DNA of 64,000 bases from Hypanus sabinus (Eukaryota). The position numbers were made by a program, and so were the translations under genes. The stretch's first letter is position 1, and the number at the start of each line of letters is the position of its first letter. The notes beneath the pieces are model-generated. The model was not told the origin of the DNA and made no database searches. It was given only the letters and a program-made list of their open reading frames with translations. The DNA lies in assembly GCF_030144855.1 (NCBI RefSeq), contig NC_082717.1, positions 5,518,001-5,582,000 of the forward strand. Direction: 5' to 3'. Positions 63,421 through 64,000 of this stretch are shown here, in pieces.

Positions 63421-64000
63421 CAACTGCCAAAGCTGCCGGAATCTCTCGAGTCAAAGGCTCAAATCTCCACTTCTCCACTGGCCCACTCACTCACTGGCCA
63501 CAGGATGGAATCAGGAAGACTGAATGAAGCCATGAGGTTGCCCAGCAGAAAAGGTGAAGGAGAATCTACAGGTATGGTCAGAGCACAAGAATTACAGGGG
63601 AGAAAGTAGGTGCTCTAGAATATCAGAAAGGTAATCCATGAGTTGGGCACAATTTTTATTTATTCAAGAGGTGCACACAGTGTCTATAGAAGAATGGCAA
63701 AATGGCATCAACTTCACTTGATGTGCTGAGGCAAATCAGGGATCAGGGTGGATTAATCCCCTGGGCCTGACAAGTGGTTCCTTCAAACCCAACAGGAAAC
63801 AAGTGCAGAATTGTTGGGACCTGAGCAGAAATATTTCAGTCATTCAAACCAGCAGGGGAGATACCAGAGTACTGGAGGACAGCCATTTTGTTCCACTGTT
63901 TAAGAAAGGATCTAAACATAAACCAGGAAATTATATGCCGGTGATTCAGACATCAGCAGTGGAAAAGTTATTGGAAGGTAGTCTAAGGGACTGGAAATAT

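Noticed and set aside
1-64000. Remaining short ORFs in the six-frame track; any CRISPR array or rRNA
   Set aside because: The ORFs map to decayed retroelements, their antisense frames or low-complexity DNA. No repeat-spacer array or rRNA-like sequence was seen.

Overview
Repeat-dense vertebrate genomic DNA, probably from a cartilaginous fish such as a ray (inferred only from the repeat landscape: CR1 LINEs, Penelope fragments, V-SINEs, Rex1/Babar). Most ORFs in the supplied track are decayed retroelement fragments or their antisense frames. Among the repeats is a small cluster of non-rearranging, single-exon VJ-type Ig-superfamily exons: V1 6813-7157 (-), V2 12970-13314 (+), V3 40027-40389 (-), and a truncated V1 paralogue at 37070-37161 (-). 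All three complete domains share an ultra-short C-x-x-W-G-x-x-x-GNGT-x-L CDR3/J segment. No RSS with a nonamer and no constant-domain exon were found. Reading the minus strand by hand recovered four small exons absent from the ORF track (36006-36125, 35767-35840, 32962-33003, 32829-32871). They have canonical splice sites and compatible phases, and they join V3 in frame. The predicted protein is a VJ domain, then a transmembrane helix with a DAP12/CD3-type DxxxT acidic motif, a YENV motif, and a canonical ITAM (YMAL-x7-YGHL) split by a phase-0 intron at the same position as in CD3/CD79/FcRg/DAP12 genes. I do not recognise this VJ + acidic-TM + ITAM receptor as a named gene, and it is the main candidate novel system. 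The leader exon, the 3' end and actual splicing of V3 to the TM exon are not established.
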